From Thermoanaerobaculia bacterium (lineage in GTDB: Bacteria > Acidobacteriota > Thermoanaerobaculia > UBA5066): a stretch of 64,000 nt of DNA. The translations under genes and the position numbers were made by a program. Positions 1 through 9,336 of this stretch are shown piece by piece. How positions within the stretch are numbered: the first letter of the stretch is position 1; every line of letters starts with the position of its first letter. The stretch spans positions 128,001 through 192,000 of the forward strand of contig CAWFJJ010000030.1 of NCBI GenBank assembly GCA_963816185.1, in the 5' to 3' direction. The notes below the pieces were generated by a model. It was given only the letters and a program-made list of their open reading frames with translations, was not told where the DNA came from and searched no databases.

Positions 1-651
1 GCCGGACGACAGGAGCGCCCAGGCCGAATCCGGGTCGAGCTCCGGCACGAGCTTTCCCTGGGCGTCGAGGAGGCCCTCGACGTCCGTGAGGAAGACGAGT
101 CTCTCGGCCCTCAGCGCCGCCGCGAGCGCGGAAGCGGCCGAGTCGGCATTCACGTTGAGGAGCGTCCCCTCGCGCCCGAGCGCGACGGAAGCGACGATGG
201 GCAGCAGGTCGGCGCCGAGGATCGCGCCGATGAGCTTCGGATTCGAGAACGTGACGCGCCCGACGAACCCGAAGTCCACGCCGTCGAGGCGAGGATGGAA
301 CTCGGCCCACAGGGTCTCGCCGTCCGCGCCCGAGAGTCCCGCCGCCGTGACTCCGAGCGAGCGGAACTCGGCCACCAGCGACTTGTTCACGAGGCCCGAC
401 AGAATCGAGACGACGACGTCGAGCGTCTCGGGATCCGTGATCCGAAGCCCGCGATACGTCTTCTTCGGGATCTTGAGCGCCTGCAGCGAGGCGTCGATCC
501 GCTTGCCGCCGCCGTGCACGACGACGATGCGCGAGCCCGCGGTCCATCGGGCCGCGATGGCGGCGAGCGCCCGCGCGCGGAGCGCGGGCTCCTCGAGAAG
601 GCTCCCGCCCAGCTTGACGACGATGGGCCGTCCGACGTGGGTCGCACTCAC
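1..651 (-). CDS. argB: Acetylglutamate kinase (runs off the window start)
   Basis: Manual translation from GTG at 651: MSATHVGRPIVVKLGGSLL...VVVHGGGKRI...LRITD...LNVNADSAA...FLTDVEG. Start overlaps the argC stop. Not in the ORF track. Confidence 0.93.
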   Translation of the reverse strand, partial: MSATHVGRPIVVKLGGSLLEEPALRARALAAIAARWTAGSRIVVVHGGGKRIDASLQALKIPKKTYRGLRITDPETLDVVVSILSGLVNKSLVAEFRSLGVTAAGLSGADGETLWAEFHPRLDGVDFGFVGRVTFSNPKLIGAILGADLLPIVASVALGREGTLLNVNADSAASALAAALRAERLVFLTDVEGLLDAQGKLVPELDPDSAWALLSSG

Positions 652-1673
652 GCGAGGCCCTCCGTCTCCGGATGTCCGAACAGCCGGTTCATGTTCTGGA
701 CGGCGGAGGACGCCGCGCCTTTGAGCAGGTTGTCGAGCGCGGAGACGAGGACGCCGCGCCGACCGCCCGCCAGAACCGCAAATCCGATTTCCGCGCGCGG
801 CGTGCCGACGACGTCGCGCAGCTCAGGCAGCTCTCCGGCCGCCCGGACGCGCACGAAGGGAGTCTTGTCGTACGGCTTCGCGTACGCGGCCGCGAGGGTT
901 TCGTCCGTCTGGGGCTCCGCGAAGGTGACGTGGAGCGTCGAGAGCAGCCCGCGTACGACCGGGAGGAGGTGAGGCACGAAGACGAACGGCGCATCGGGCG
1001 GAAGGCCCAGGCTCTGCCGCATCTCCGGCTCGTGCCGGTGCACGCCGACCCCGTAGGCCTTGAAATTGCCGTCGAGCTCCGAGAAGGAGTAGGCGACCTC
1101 ACTCTTTTTCCCCGCCCCCGAGACCCCGCTCACGCTGTCGCAGATGACGGGCTGACCTTTTTCGAGGAGAGGGAGCAAGGGCTTGAGAGCGAGGAGGACG
1201 GACGTCGGATAGCAGCCCGGATTCGCGACGAGCCGTGCGCCGGAAAGCTCCTCACCGCACCACTCGGTGAGGCCGTAGACCGCTTCCTCGAGGAGCCGGG
1301 GCGCGGGATGCTCGAAGCCGTACCACTTCGGGTAGGCGGCCGCGTCACGAAGGCGGAAGACCCCGGAAATATCGATGACCTTCGCGCCAAAATCGAGGAT
1401 CTTGGGCGCGAGCGCGGCCGACGTCTCGTTCGGCGTTGCCAGGAAGACGACGTCCGGCCGAGCCGCCTCGAGACGCTTCTCGGAGAACGGCTCGGCATCC
1501 GGCCCGAGAGCGCGCCCGAGCATCGGATGAAGACGCTCGAACGGGACGGGGCGCCCGTCCTTTCTGCCGGAGGAGAACACGGAGACGATCTCGGCGCGGG
1601 GGTGGCGCGAGAGAAGCGCGCACAGCTCCGCTCCCGAGTACCCCGTGGCCCCGACGACGGCGGCGCGCGTCAA
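648..1673 (-). CDS. argC: N-acetyl-gamma-glutamyl-phosphate reductase
   Basis: VVGATGYSG, ANPGCYPT, SGVSGAG and DNLLKGAA motifs. Likely TTG start at 1673 overlapping the argR stop. Confidence 0.95.
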   Translation of the reverse strand: MTRAAVVGATGYSGAELCALLSRHPRAEIVSVFSSGRKDGRPVPFERLHPMLGRALGPDAEPFSEKRLEAARPDVVFLATPNETSAALAPKILDFGAKVIDISGVFRLRDAAAYPKWYGFEHPAPRLLEEAVYGLTEWCGEELSGARLVANPGCYPTSVLLALKPLLPLLEKGQPVICDSVSGVSGAGKKSEVAYSFSELDGNFKAYGVGVHRHEPEMRQSLGLPPDAPFVFVPHLLPVVRGLLSTLHVTFAEPQTDETLAAAYAKPYDKTPFVRVRAAGELPELRDVVGTPRAEIGFAVLAGGRRGVLVSALDNLLKGAASSAVQNMNRLFGHPETEGLA

Positions 1674-2170
1674 CTGCGCCCCCGCCGGGGCCGTCCCGGC
1701 TGCAGGCCTGAGGCGAGGCGCCGGGCGAGCCTCTGCGCGATGGCGCCCGTCGCTGCCGCGAGGAAGATCGTGTCGTCGCCGGCAATCGTGCCCACGGCCC
1801 CCTCGAGCGCGGCCTCGTCCAGGGCGCGCGCCACGGGGTCCGCCGTCGCCGGAGGCGTCTTGAGGACGACGAGGTTTCCCGCCGTCGCGACGTCGAGCAC
1901 CCACTCGCGGAGCGCGCGCTCGAGGCGCCCCTCGCGCCGGGATTTGAGGTCGCCGTCGGCCTGTGGCGCCTCCGCGCCGGGCACGACGTAGCCGGCAGCG
2001 GACTTCGCGAGGCCGAGATCCTTGAGATCCCGCGAGAGCGTGGGCTGAGCCACGTCGATCCCGCGGCGTTGGAGGCGGTGCTGCAGCTCTTCCTGGGAGT
2101 GCACGGCACCGTCGCGGATGACCTTCAGGATCTCGTCTCGCCGCCTCAGCGCGGTCGAATGACTATTCAC
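1670..2170 (-). CDS. argR: Arginine repressor
   Basis: SQEEL...VAQPTLSRDLKDLG winged helix and GTIAGDDTI arginine-binding motif. Heads the arg operon. Confidence 0.95.
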   Translation of the reverse strand: MNSHSTALRRRDEILKVIRDGAVHSQEELQHRLQRRGIDVAQPTLSRDLKDLGLAKSAAGYVVPGAEAPQADGDLKSRREGRLERALREWVLDVATAGNLVVLKTPPATADPVARALDEAALEGAVGTIAGDDTIFLAAATGAIAQRLARRLASGLQPGRPRRGRS

Positions 2171-2191
2171 AAATTTGAATATTCATTCATT
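2154..2191. promoter_or_regulatory. Tandem ARG boxes overlapping the argR promoter and start codon
   Basis: CGAAT-gact-ATTCA (2156-2169) and TGAAT-attc-ATTCA (2176-2189) match TGAAT-N4-ATTCA. Minus-strand TTGACG-N17-AATATT promoter at 2206-2178. Confidence 0.85.
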
Positions 2192-2302
2192 TAGGCCGCG
2201 CGTCAAGCTTTTTCTTTTGCAATGAAACAGGCGGGTCCGCGGTCCTTCGAGGGCTAGAATTCCTCCGATGAGCTGTCGCGTCTCCCGCCGGGTGGCGCCG
2301 GG

Positions 2303-2866
2303 GTGAGCCCTTCGCCCTTCTCCGACCCGTTCGAGGCCGAGATCGGCCGGCTGCCGGAAAAGCTGCGGCGCTTTTTCCTGTCGCGTGGCGTGCGAACGGA
2401 GGACGACGCCCGGGATCTCGCGCAGGAGACGCTCCTGCGCGTCCTGCAGCGGCTGTCGCGCGGCGAGCTGCTGGACTCGCCCGAGGCCTTCTCCCTCGGA
2501 GTCGCGAAGAACGTCTTCTTCGAGTACTGCCGCCGCGTGGCGAAATCTCACGCTCACGACGGCCTCTCCGGCGCCGTGGAGCTTGCCGGAGCCGAGGATC
2601 CCCTGACGGACGCTCTCGCGTCGAGCCAGGCGATCGTCTTTCGCAAGGCGCTCGAGCTCCTGCCCGAGCGCATGAAGAGCCTTCTCGTAAAGCGGTTCGT
2701 GGATGAGGTTCCGTCGCGCACGATCGCCCGCGAGGAGGGAATCTCGACGGACGCCATCGACATGCGCGTCTATCGTGCGAAACGCGAGCTGAAGAAGCGC
2801 ATGGATCGCGAAAGGGCGGCGCGGGGGAACGGAGCTCCGCCTCCGGACCCGGATCTCCCTTCGTGA
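2303..2866 (+). CDS. ECF RNA polymerase sigma factor
   Basis: DARDLAQETLLRV region 2 and region 4 HTH (IAREEGISTDAIDMRVYRAKRELK). Confidence 0.88.
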   Translation: MSPSPFSDPFEAEIGRLPEKLRRFFLSRGVRTEDDARDLAQETLLRVLQRLSRGELLDSPEAFSLGVAKNVFFEYCRRVAKSHAHDGLSGAVELAGAEDPLTDALASSQAIVFRKALELLPERMKSLLVKRFVDEVPSRTIAREEGISTDAIDMRVYRAKRELKKRMDRERAARGNGAPPPDPDLPS

Positions 2867-3693
2867 GCGTCTCGTCGCCCGGATCCGGGGAGATCCGCGA
2901 CTACCTCCTCCGCCGCATGACCGATACGGCGCGGGGCCGTTTCGAGGAGGCCTACTTTCGCGACGACACGCTGCTGGACCGCATCGAAGCCGAGGAAGAT
3001 GCTCTCGTCTCCGACTACGTCCTCGGACATCTGAGCGACGTCGAGAGGCGCCTCTTCGAGGAGTCGCTTCTCGGGACGCCTTACTACCGCGAACGGGTCG
3101 AAACCACGAACCGTCTCCGGCTGAAGGTGAACTCAACCGCGCTTTTTCCGCCTCGCGTGAGCATCGCTGCCGCCGCCGACGCGCGCCTCTTCCCGGGGCG
3201 CACGGGTGTCGCCGTGGCGTTTTCTCTCCTGGCGCTCCTGCTCGTCGCGGCGCTTCTCTCCGCGCTTCGCCTCAAGAGCGACCTTTCGCACGCGCGGCTG
3301 GAGCTCGCGGCGAGACCGACGGCCGTTGCCGGTCCAGCCGCGCGGGCAGGCACCGTCCCGCTCGCTCAGTCGGTCGTCCTCGGCGCCGAGCGCTCCTTCG
3401 GTCCTGCGATTGCGAGCCTCAGGCGCGCGCCGGGCGGCGCGATCCTCCTGAGCTTTCCGCGGGCGGTTCTCGGACGGCAAAACGAGCCCTTTTCGGTCGT
3501 TCTTTCCGACGGCAAGAATGCGGCCTGGGAATCCGCCGTCTTCCCTACGAAGGAGATGGATGACGGAGACGTGTCGCTGCGGCTGCCGCCGGGTGTACCT
3601 CCCGCCGGCGCCTACTCGGTCCTTCTCAGGACTCCGGGTGCGCCGGACCGCCCGGAAATCCTGCTCGGAGTCCTCGAGATCTTGGACCGTTAG
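2863..3693 (+). CDS. Putative membrane-anchored anti-sigma factor
   Basis: 4-bp overlap with the ECF gene. Duplicated DYLL/DYVL...FEE helices, one TM segment and a C-terminal extracytoplasmic domain. Confidence 0.7.
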   Translation: MSVSSPGSGEIRDYLLRRMTDTARGRFEEAYFRDDTLLDRIEAEEDALVSDYVLGHLSDVERRLFEESLLGTPYYRERVETTNRLRLKVNSTALFPPRVSIAAAADARLFPGRTGVAVAFSLLALLLVAALLSALRLKSDLSHARLELAARPTAVAGPAARAGTVPLAQSVVLGAERSFGPAIASLRRAPGGAILLSFPRAVLGRQNEPFSVVLSDGKNAAWESAVFPTKEMDDGDVSLRLPPGVPPAGAYSVLLRTPGAPDRPEILLGVLEILDR

Positions 3694-4331
3694 GGGCGGA
3701 GGCCGTTCAGGAAGAGCGACGCGAACGCCTCCCCGATCTCGTCCGCGGAGGCCCCGCCCCCCGCCCGATACCAGCGCGCCATCCAGTTCAGGGCGCCGAG
3801 GATCGCGAATGCCGTGATCTTCGGATCGACCGGGCGAAAGATCGTCTTCGCCACGCCCTCGGCGATCACGTCGCGCAGGCTCGCTTCGTAGGCATCGCGG
3901 ACGCTCACGACGGCGGCACGCCGCCGCGCGTCGAGCGCGTCGAACTGGAGCGCGAGCGCGGTCCCGTGAAACTTGTCCACCATGACGCGGGCGTGCTCCA
4001 CGACGATCCGGCGCAGAGCCTGATCAGGGGGCAGCGCGGACGCCCGCACGCGCTCGGCCACGTCGAGCATCGCCTGGTTCGCGGTCTCGTGGCAGAGCGC
4101 GAGGATCTCTTCCTTGTCGCGAAAGTAGTAATAGAGGCTGCCTCGCGTCAGCAGAAGCTCCTCGGCGATGTCGTCCATCGAGGTGCCGTAGAACCCTTTC
4201 GCCGCGAAGCTGCGCACGGCGCTCTCCAGGATCCGCGCGCGCTTGGCCTTGCGTTTCGTCGCCACGTGCGCCGAGGGTGTCCGGCGGCGGGCGGCACTGC
4301 CCCGCGTTCCGGCTATTTCCTTGCGCGACAT
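3690..4331 (-). CDS. TetR/AcrR family regulator (KstR2-like C-terminus)
   Basis: ILESAVRSFAAKGFYGTSMDDIAEELLLTRGSLYYYF HTH and GALNWMARWY. Confidence 0.9.
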   Translation of the reverse strand: MSRKEIAGTRGSAARRRTPSAHVATKRKAKRARILESAVRSFAAKGFYGTSMDDIAEELLLTRGSLYYYFRDKEEILALCHETANQAMLDVAERVRASALPPDQALRRIVVEHARVMVDKFHGTALALQFDALDARRRAAVVSVRDAYEASLRDVIAEGVAKTIFRPVDPKITAFAILGALNWMARWYRAGGGASADEIGEAFASLFLNGLRP

Positions 4332-4368
4332 GGCGCCCGAGATCTTAGGCCCCCGGACTTCCGGAACG

Positions 4369-4396
4369 AAAAAGGCCCCGCGCGGGAAGCGGGGCC
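4369..4396 (-). terminator. Intrinsic terminator after tRNA-Pro
   Basis: Minus strand GGCCCCGC-ttcccgc-GCGGGGCC-TTTTT. Confidence 0.8.
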
Positions 4397-4409
4397 GAGG
4401 CGTGAGGAA

Positions 4410-4486
<77 letters not shown>

Positions 4487-4559
4487 AGGAGCGCGGACGA
4501 TACCATCCGGGACCGTTCCCGCGCCAGCTTGCACGCGAACGCGAAAGTCGGGCATGGCG

Positions 4560-4586
4560 TGTCGAATTCCGCCGTTCCCGTTCGAC
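4560..4586 (+). promoter_or_regulatory. Probable ECF42-type autoregulated promoter
   Basis: TGTCGA-N17-CGAC directly upstream of the ECF42-like sigma operon. Confidence 0.65.
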
Positions 4587-4657
4587 TAGTCCATGACGGC
4601 GTCAAAGACAGCGCCGGCGAAAGGAAGGAAAACCATGGAATACCTGCTGCTCGGCCC

Positions 4658-5905
4658 ATGGATCTCGACCGCTTTTTCCGCGAGGAGCGCGGACGCATCC
4701 TCGCGAGTCTCATCCGGCTCCTCGGAGATTTCGACCGTGCCGAAGAGGCGATGCAGGACGCGTTCGCGATCGCGGCGGAGACCTGGCCACGCCAGGGAAT
4801 TCCCGCGAGCCCGCGGGCCTGGATCGTCGGAATCGCGCGGCACAAGGCGCTCGACCGCTTGCGGCGCGAACGGATCTTCGCGGCGAAGGCGCCGCTCCTC
4901 CGGGAGGAGGAAACCGTGGGCAGCGCCGCGGATGCGGCTGACGAGCTCCCGGACGACCGCCTGCGCCTCGTCTTCACGTGCTGTCATCCGGCGCTCGCGC
5001 TCGAGGCCCAGATCGCGCTCACGCTCCACACGCTCGGCGGCCTCACGACCGAAGAGCTCGCGCGCGCCTTCCTCGTCCCCGTGCCGACGATGGCTCAGCG
5101 CCTCGTGCGGGCGAAGCGGAAGATTCGCGACGCGGCCATCCCGTATCGCATTCCCGCGCGCGACGAGCTGCCCGAGCGGATCGACGGGGTGCTCGCCACG
5201 CTCTACCTTATATTCAACGAGGGATATGCCGCGTCCTCGGGCGAGGCGCTCGTCCGGCGCGACCTGTCCGCGGAAGCGATCCGCCTGGCCCGTGTGCTCG
5301 CGGAGCTCCTTCCCGAAGAGCTCGAGCCTCGCGGACTTCTCGCGCTCATGCTGCTCGCGGACGCGCGGCGCGAGGCACGGGTCGACCGTAACGCCGACCT
5401 CGTCCTCCTCGAGGACCAGGACCGTTCGAAGTGGGATCGCGCGGAAATCGAGGAAGGGCTCGCGCTCGTTCCCTCTGCGCTCACCGGGCGCCCTCCCGGC
5501 CCGTATGCTCTCGAAGCGGCGATCGCCGCGCTGCACGCGCGTGCGCCACGCGCCGCCGATACCGACTGGCGGCAGATTGCCGCCATCTATGCCGTGCTCG
5601 AGAGCGTCCGCCCGTCCCCGGTCGTCGCGCTGAACCGGGCCGTGGCCGTTGCGATGGAGGAAGGGCCACAAGCCGGCCTCTCACTCGTCGGCGAGATCGA
5701 GCGCTCGGGCGCGCTCGACGGCTACTACCTTCTTCCCGCCGCGAAAGCCGACCTCCTCCGGCGCCTCGGCCGACATGCCGAGGCGGCGACGGCCTACCGC
5801 AAGGCGCTGGAGCTCGTCTCCACCGCGCCCGAACGGCGATTCCTCGCGCGAAGACTCGACGAAGTCACCCGCGCAGCCGCCTCGGGCCCGGCCGCGGCGC
5901 CGTAG
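4658..5905 (+). CDS. ECF42-type sigma factor with C-terminal TPR extension
   Basis: DDRLRLVFTCCHPAL, LYLIFNEGY, LEDQDRSKWD, TDWRQIAAIY and SPVVALNRAVA are signatures of this group. Confidence 0.93.
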   Translation: MDLDRFFREERGRILASLIRLLGDFDRAEEAMQDAFAIAAETWPRQGIPASPRAWIVGIARHKALDRLRRERIFAAKAPLLREEETVGSAADAADELPDDRLRLVFTCCHPALALEAQIALTLHTLGGLTTEELARAFLVPVPTMAQRLVRAKRKIRDAAIPYRIPARDELPERIDGVLATLYLIFNEGYAASSGEALVRRDLSAEAIRLARVLAELLPEELEPRGLLALMLLADARREARVDRNADLVLLEDQDRSKWDRAEIEEGLALVPSALTGRPPGPYALEAAIAALHARAPRAADTDWRQIAAIYAVLESVRPSPVVALNRAVAVAMEEGPQAGLSLVGEIERSGALDGYYLLPAAKADLLRRLGRHAEAATAYRKALELVSTAPERRFLARRLDEVTRAAASGPAAAP

Positions 5906-7590
5906 CCGCGGGGGTCCGCGACCCCGGTGAGCGTTCCGTCCTTTTCGAACGCGATCGCATGAACCCTTCCGAGCGTCCCGCGCTCGAAGACGGCGTGCCC
6001 TTTCGCGCGCAGCGCCGCCTTCACGCTCTCGGGATACGCCCCGATCTCCACCTCGATGCGGTCCGGCAGGTGCTGGTGGTGGAAGCGCGGCGCGGCGACG
6101 GCCTCGGCGAGCGGCTCTCCGCGCGGGCCGGCGTTCAGGAAGACCTGCAGGACCGTCGTCGGAATCGTGGCTCCGCCCGGAGAGCCGAGGACGAAGCGAG
6201 GCCGGCCGTCCTCGAGAACGATCGTCGGCGTCATGGACGAGAGCGGTCGCCCGCCCGCGCGCACGGCGTTCGCCTCGCCCTGGACGAGGCCGTATGCGTT
6301 CGCGGTTCCGGGCACCGCCGAGAAATCGTCCATCTCGTTGTTGAGGAGGACTCCGACTCCCGGCACCATCGTGCCGTTTCCGAACGCGTCGTTCAGCGTG
6401 TACGTGAGCGCCACGGCGTCGCCGTCCACGGTCGCGGTGGAGAGGTGCGTCGTCTGAACGTGCTCGCCGGGCCACGCGCCGCCCGTTATCTCCCGTGACG
6501 GCGTGGCCCGCGCGGGGTCGATCGAGAAGCCGAGCGCAGCGAGGCGGGCGGGCGCGAGGAGTCGCGCGAGCGGCTCGTCCACGCAGTCGGCATCCCCGAG
6601 AAAGCGGTTCCGGTCGGCGTACGCGCGGCGCTCGGCTTCCGCGATTAGGTGAATGGTCTCCGGAGCGTCGCGGGACGAGATGTCCCCGCGCGCGAATCGA
6701 AGCTGCCCGAGGATGGACGCGAGAAGGAAACCGCCCGACGAGGGAGACGGCAGCGTCACGAGCCGAAAGCGGCCGTAGTCGAACACGAACGGGATCCGCC
6801 ACGACGGCGCATAGCCGGCGAGGTCCGCTTCCGTCAGGACTCCGCCGGTCGCGCGGACGAACTCCGCGATCCGGCGCGCGATCTCGCCGCGAAGAAACCC
6901 GTCCGCTCCCCTCGAGGCGATCGCCTCGAGCGTTCTCGCGAGATCCGGTTGCACGAGGAGCGTCCCCGCGGCGACGGGCTTTCCCTGCGGATAGAAGAGG
7001 CGCGCTGCCTCCGGATCGCGGGAGAGGACCCGCCGGACGCCGTCTTCGGCGAGGTCGCCGGAGAGGCCGGCAGGAACGCGGTATCCGTTCCGCGCGAGCT
7101 CGATCGCCGGTGCGACGAGCCGCTTCCATGGCAGGCGGCCGAATTTCCTGTGCAGGGCCTCGAGGCCGCGCACCGTTCCGGGTGTCGCCACCGCGAGCCC
7201 GCCGAAGCGCGAGGCCTGCGGCCGCGAGGCTCCTCGTGCGTCGAGATACGTGTTGCGCCAGGAACCGGCCGGCGCCGTCTCGCGGAAGTCCAGCGCGAAG
7301 AGGCCGCCCTCGGGGGTTCGCACCACCGCGAACCCTCCGCCCGCGAGGTTGCCGGCCTGGGGATACGTGACCGCGAGAACGAAGGCGGCGGCGATCGCCG
7401 CGTCGACCGCGCCGCCTCCGGCCGCGAGCACCCGGGCGCCCGCTGCGACGGATTCCGGCGTGGCGGCCGCGACCATGCCCCTCTTCGAGCGTGCCGCCGG
7501 CGGCTCGCCGAAGGGCGCGGAGGCGCGCACCGAAAGAGCGGTGAATGCCAGAACGAGCGCTCCGGTTCCGGCGACGAGGCGCGAGCGCAT
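5794..7590 (-). CDS. ggt: Gamma-glutamyltransferase
   Basis: Signal peptide, DFRETAP, nucleophile motif QTTHLS, LNNEMDDF, RPLSSMTPT, GSPGG and ADPR. Confidence 0.95.
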   Translation of the reverse strand: MRSRLVAGTGALVLAFTALSVRASAPFGEPPAARSKRGMVAAATPESVAAGARVLAAGGGAVDAAIAAAFVLAVTYPQAGNLAGGGFAVVRTPEGGLFALDFRETAPAGSWRNTYLDARGASRPQASRFGGLAVATPGTVRGLEALHRKFGRLPWKRLVAPAIELARNGYRVPAGLSGDLAEDGVRRVLSRDPEAARLFYPQGKPVAAGTLLVQPDLARTLEAIASRGADGFLRGEIARRIAEFVRATGGVLTEADLAGYAPSWRIPFVFDYGRFRLVTLPSPSSGGFLLASILGQLRFARGDISSRDAPETIHLIAEAERRAYADRNRFLGDADCVDEPLARLLAPARLAALGFSIDPARATPSREITGGAWPGEHVQTTHLSTATVDGDAVALTYTLNDAFGNGTMVPGVGVLLNNEMDDFSAVPGTANAYGLVQGEANAVRAGGRPLSSMTPTIVLEDGRPRFVLGSPGGATIPTTVLQVFLNAGPRGEPLAEAVAAPRFHHQHLPDRIEVEIGAYPESVKAALRAKGHAVFERGTLGRVHAIAFEKDGTLTGVADPRGYGAAAGPEAAARVTSSSLRARNRRSGAVETSSSALR

Positions 7591-7618
7591 GCGGCCCCAG
7601 CCTAGCAGTCGCAACGAA

Positions 7619-9253
7619 TCAGCCGCCGCCCTTCACGACCATGTACCTGTCGACGGGCAGGTCTGTCAGCGTTTCCGCAGTCCCACTCGGCCACCGGACC
7701 TCCACTTTTTCGACCCGCGTCGCTTTCCCGAGCCCGAAGTGCAGCCGTGGGTCGTTTAGCGACAAGTACGACTGCGACCGCTGGTAGACGCGGACCTGCG
7801 TTCTTCCGCCCGCGGTCACCCGAACGACGGCGCCGACGGGCTCCGCCCGGTTCTTGCCCGGCTGGAGGCTGACGCCGAGCCAGTGGTTTCCGTTCGCGGT
7901 GACGTTTCTGAGCAGCGCGGGCGTGCCCTTCAGATCGACGTGTGAGACGACGATGTCGATCCGTCCGTCGTTGTCGAAATCCCCGAAAGCCGCCCCGCGG
8001 CCGCTCCGCTTCCCCAGGAAATACGGCCCACCGGTGTCCGCCGCATCGGTGAAGTGTCCTTTGCCGTCGTTCACGAGCAGGGTCGGGCGCTTATCCACGA
8101 GAGTATCGGCTCCGCCGTTCGCCGCGAAAACATCGAGGTCGCCGTCGTTGTCGAAGTCATAAAGCCCGGCTCCCCACGACTCGGTTCCATTCATGAGCCT
8201 CCGAATCCCGCTTTGCTCGACGATGTCGTCGAAACGACCGGGGCCGATCGCGCGATAGAGGCTCTGGAAGCTCAGGTCCGTCACGAAGAGGTCGACGAGT
8301 CCGTCACCGTCTACGTCGCCGAGCGAGCCGTGCATGTGGCCGGTCCCGACGCCGTCGAGGTTGACGCCGACTCCTGCCTCAGGCGCGACGTCCCTGAATT
8401 TTCCCCCGCCGAGATTGCGAAGAAGGAAGTTCGGCTGGTGGTCGTTCGCCTGGAAGATGTCGAGTAGGCCGTCCCCGTCGTAGTCGTAGACCGTCAGGCC
8501 CATGACCTTGCTTTCGGGGAAGTACAAGCCGGCCTCCTTCGTCACGTCTACGAATCGCCCGTCGGCCGCTCTCTTGTAAAGGATGGACGGCTGACCCCTG
8601 TACTCGGCCGGTGAGGGCATCCTCTCCGGCGAGCCAGGGCTTCGATACTTCGGATCGAAGGCGAGGAAGTTCCCGACGAAAAGCTCCGGGGTGCCATCCC
8701 CGTCAGCGTCGAAGGCCGCTGCACCGACGCTCCACTTGACGAATCCGTTGAGCGTGTCGGGGCCTTGGAGGCCGGCCTTCTCCGTCCAGTCCGAATAAGT
8801 ACCGTCCCCATTGTTGTGGAAGAACGTGTTCGGTCCGTAATTCGAGAGGAAGATGTCTTCGAGCCCGTCGCCGTCGAGATCGGCGATGGTCGCCGCCATC
8901 GACCAGTGACTCCCGCCGAGCCCGGCCTTCTCGGTCACGTCGGTGAACGTGCCGTCCCCGTTGTTCCGGTAGAGCGCGTTCTTCGCATTCGAAAAGACGA
9001 GGCCCTTCGGGTCGCTCACCCCTTCGATGTACCTGCCGTTCAGGAAGAGAATGTCCATCTTACCGTCGCCGTCGTAGTCGAAGACCGCGACCCCCGAGCC
9101 GCTCGACTCCAAGATGTTGTCGTAGGTGAAATCACCGAAGTTGTACCGAAAAGTAATGCCGGTCTGCGCCGTTACATCCTCGAAACGAGGCCCCGCTCCA
9201 CCACGGCACCCCGTGCCGGCCGTGAAGGCGCCGGCGAGGATCGCGACTGTCAT
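7619..9253 (-). CDS. CRTAC1/ASPIC-UnbV family FG-GAP repeat protein, possible lipoprotein
   Basis: Multiple DYDGDG/DFDNDG repeats, C-terminal NHWL...RLHFGLG...VRWPSG and an N-terminal lipobox-like AGTGC. Confidence 0.9.
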   Translation of the reverse strand: MTVAILAGAFTAGTGCRGGAGPRFEDVTAQTGITFRYNFGDFTYDNILESSGSGVAVFDYDGDGKMDILFLNGRYIEGVSDPKGLVFSNAKNALYRNNGDGTFTDVTEKAGLGGSHWSMAATIADLDGDGLEDIFLSNYGPNTFFHNNGDGTYSDWTEKAGLQGPDTLNGFVKWSVGAAAFDADGDGTPELFVGNFLAFDPKYRSPGSPERMPSPAEYRGQPSILYKRAADGRFVDVTKEAGLYFPESKVMGLTVYDYDGDGLLDIFQANDHQPNFLLRNLGGGKFRDVAPEAGVGVNLDGVGTGHMHGSLGDVDGDGLVDLFVTDLSFQSLYRAIGPGRFDDIVEQSGIRRLMNGTESWGAGLYDFDNDGDLDVFAANGGADTLVDKRPTLLVNDGKGHFTDAADTGGPYFLGKRSGRGAAFGDFDNDGRIDIVVSHVDLKGTPALLRNVTANGNHWLGVSLQPGKNRAEPVGAVVRVTAGGRTQVRVYQRSQSYLSLNDPRLHFGLGKATRVEKVEVRWPSGTAETLTDLPVDRYMVVKGGG

Positions 9254-9336
9254 GAACCGGCCCGAATGCCTCGATCTTCTAACGGTTGCGATCCTCTCTG
9301 GCGCGGCGGGTGAACGAGCTCCCGCGACCTCTACAT

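Noticed and set aside
5794-5905. 112-bp convergent overlap of ggt and the ECF42 gene
   Set aside because: It is most simply a non-conserved ggt tail after the ADPR motif or a small indel. There is no sign of function.
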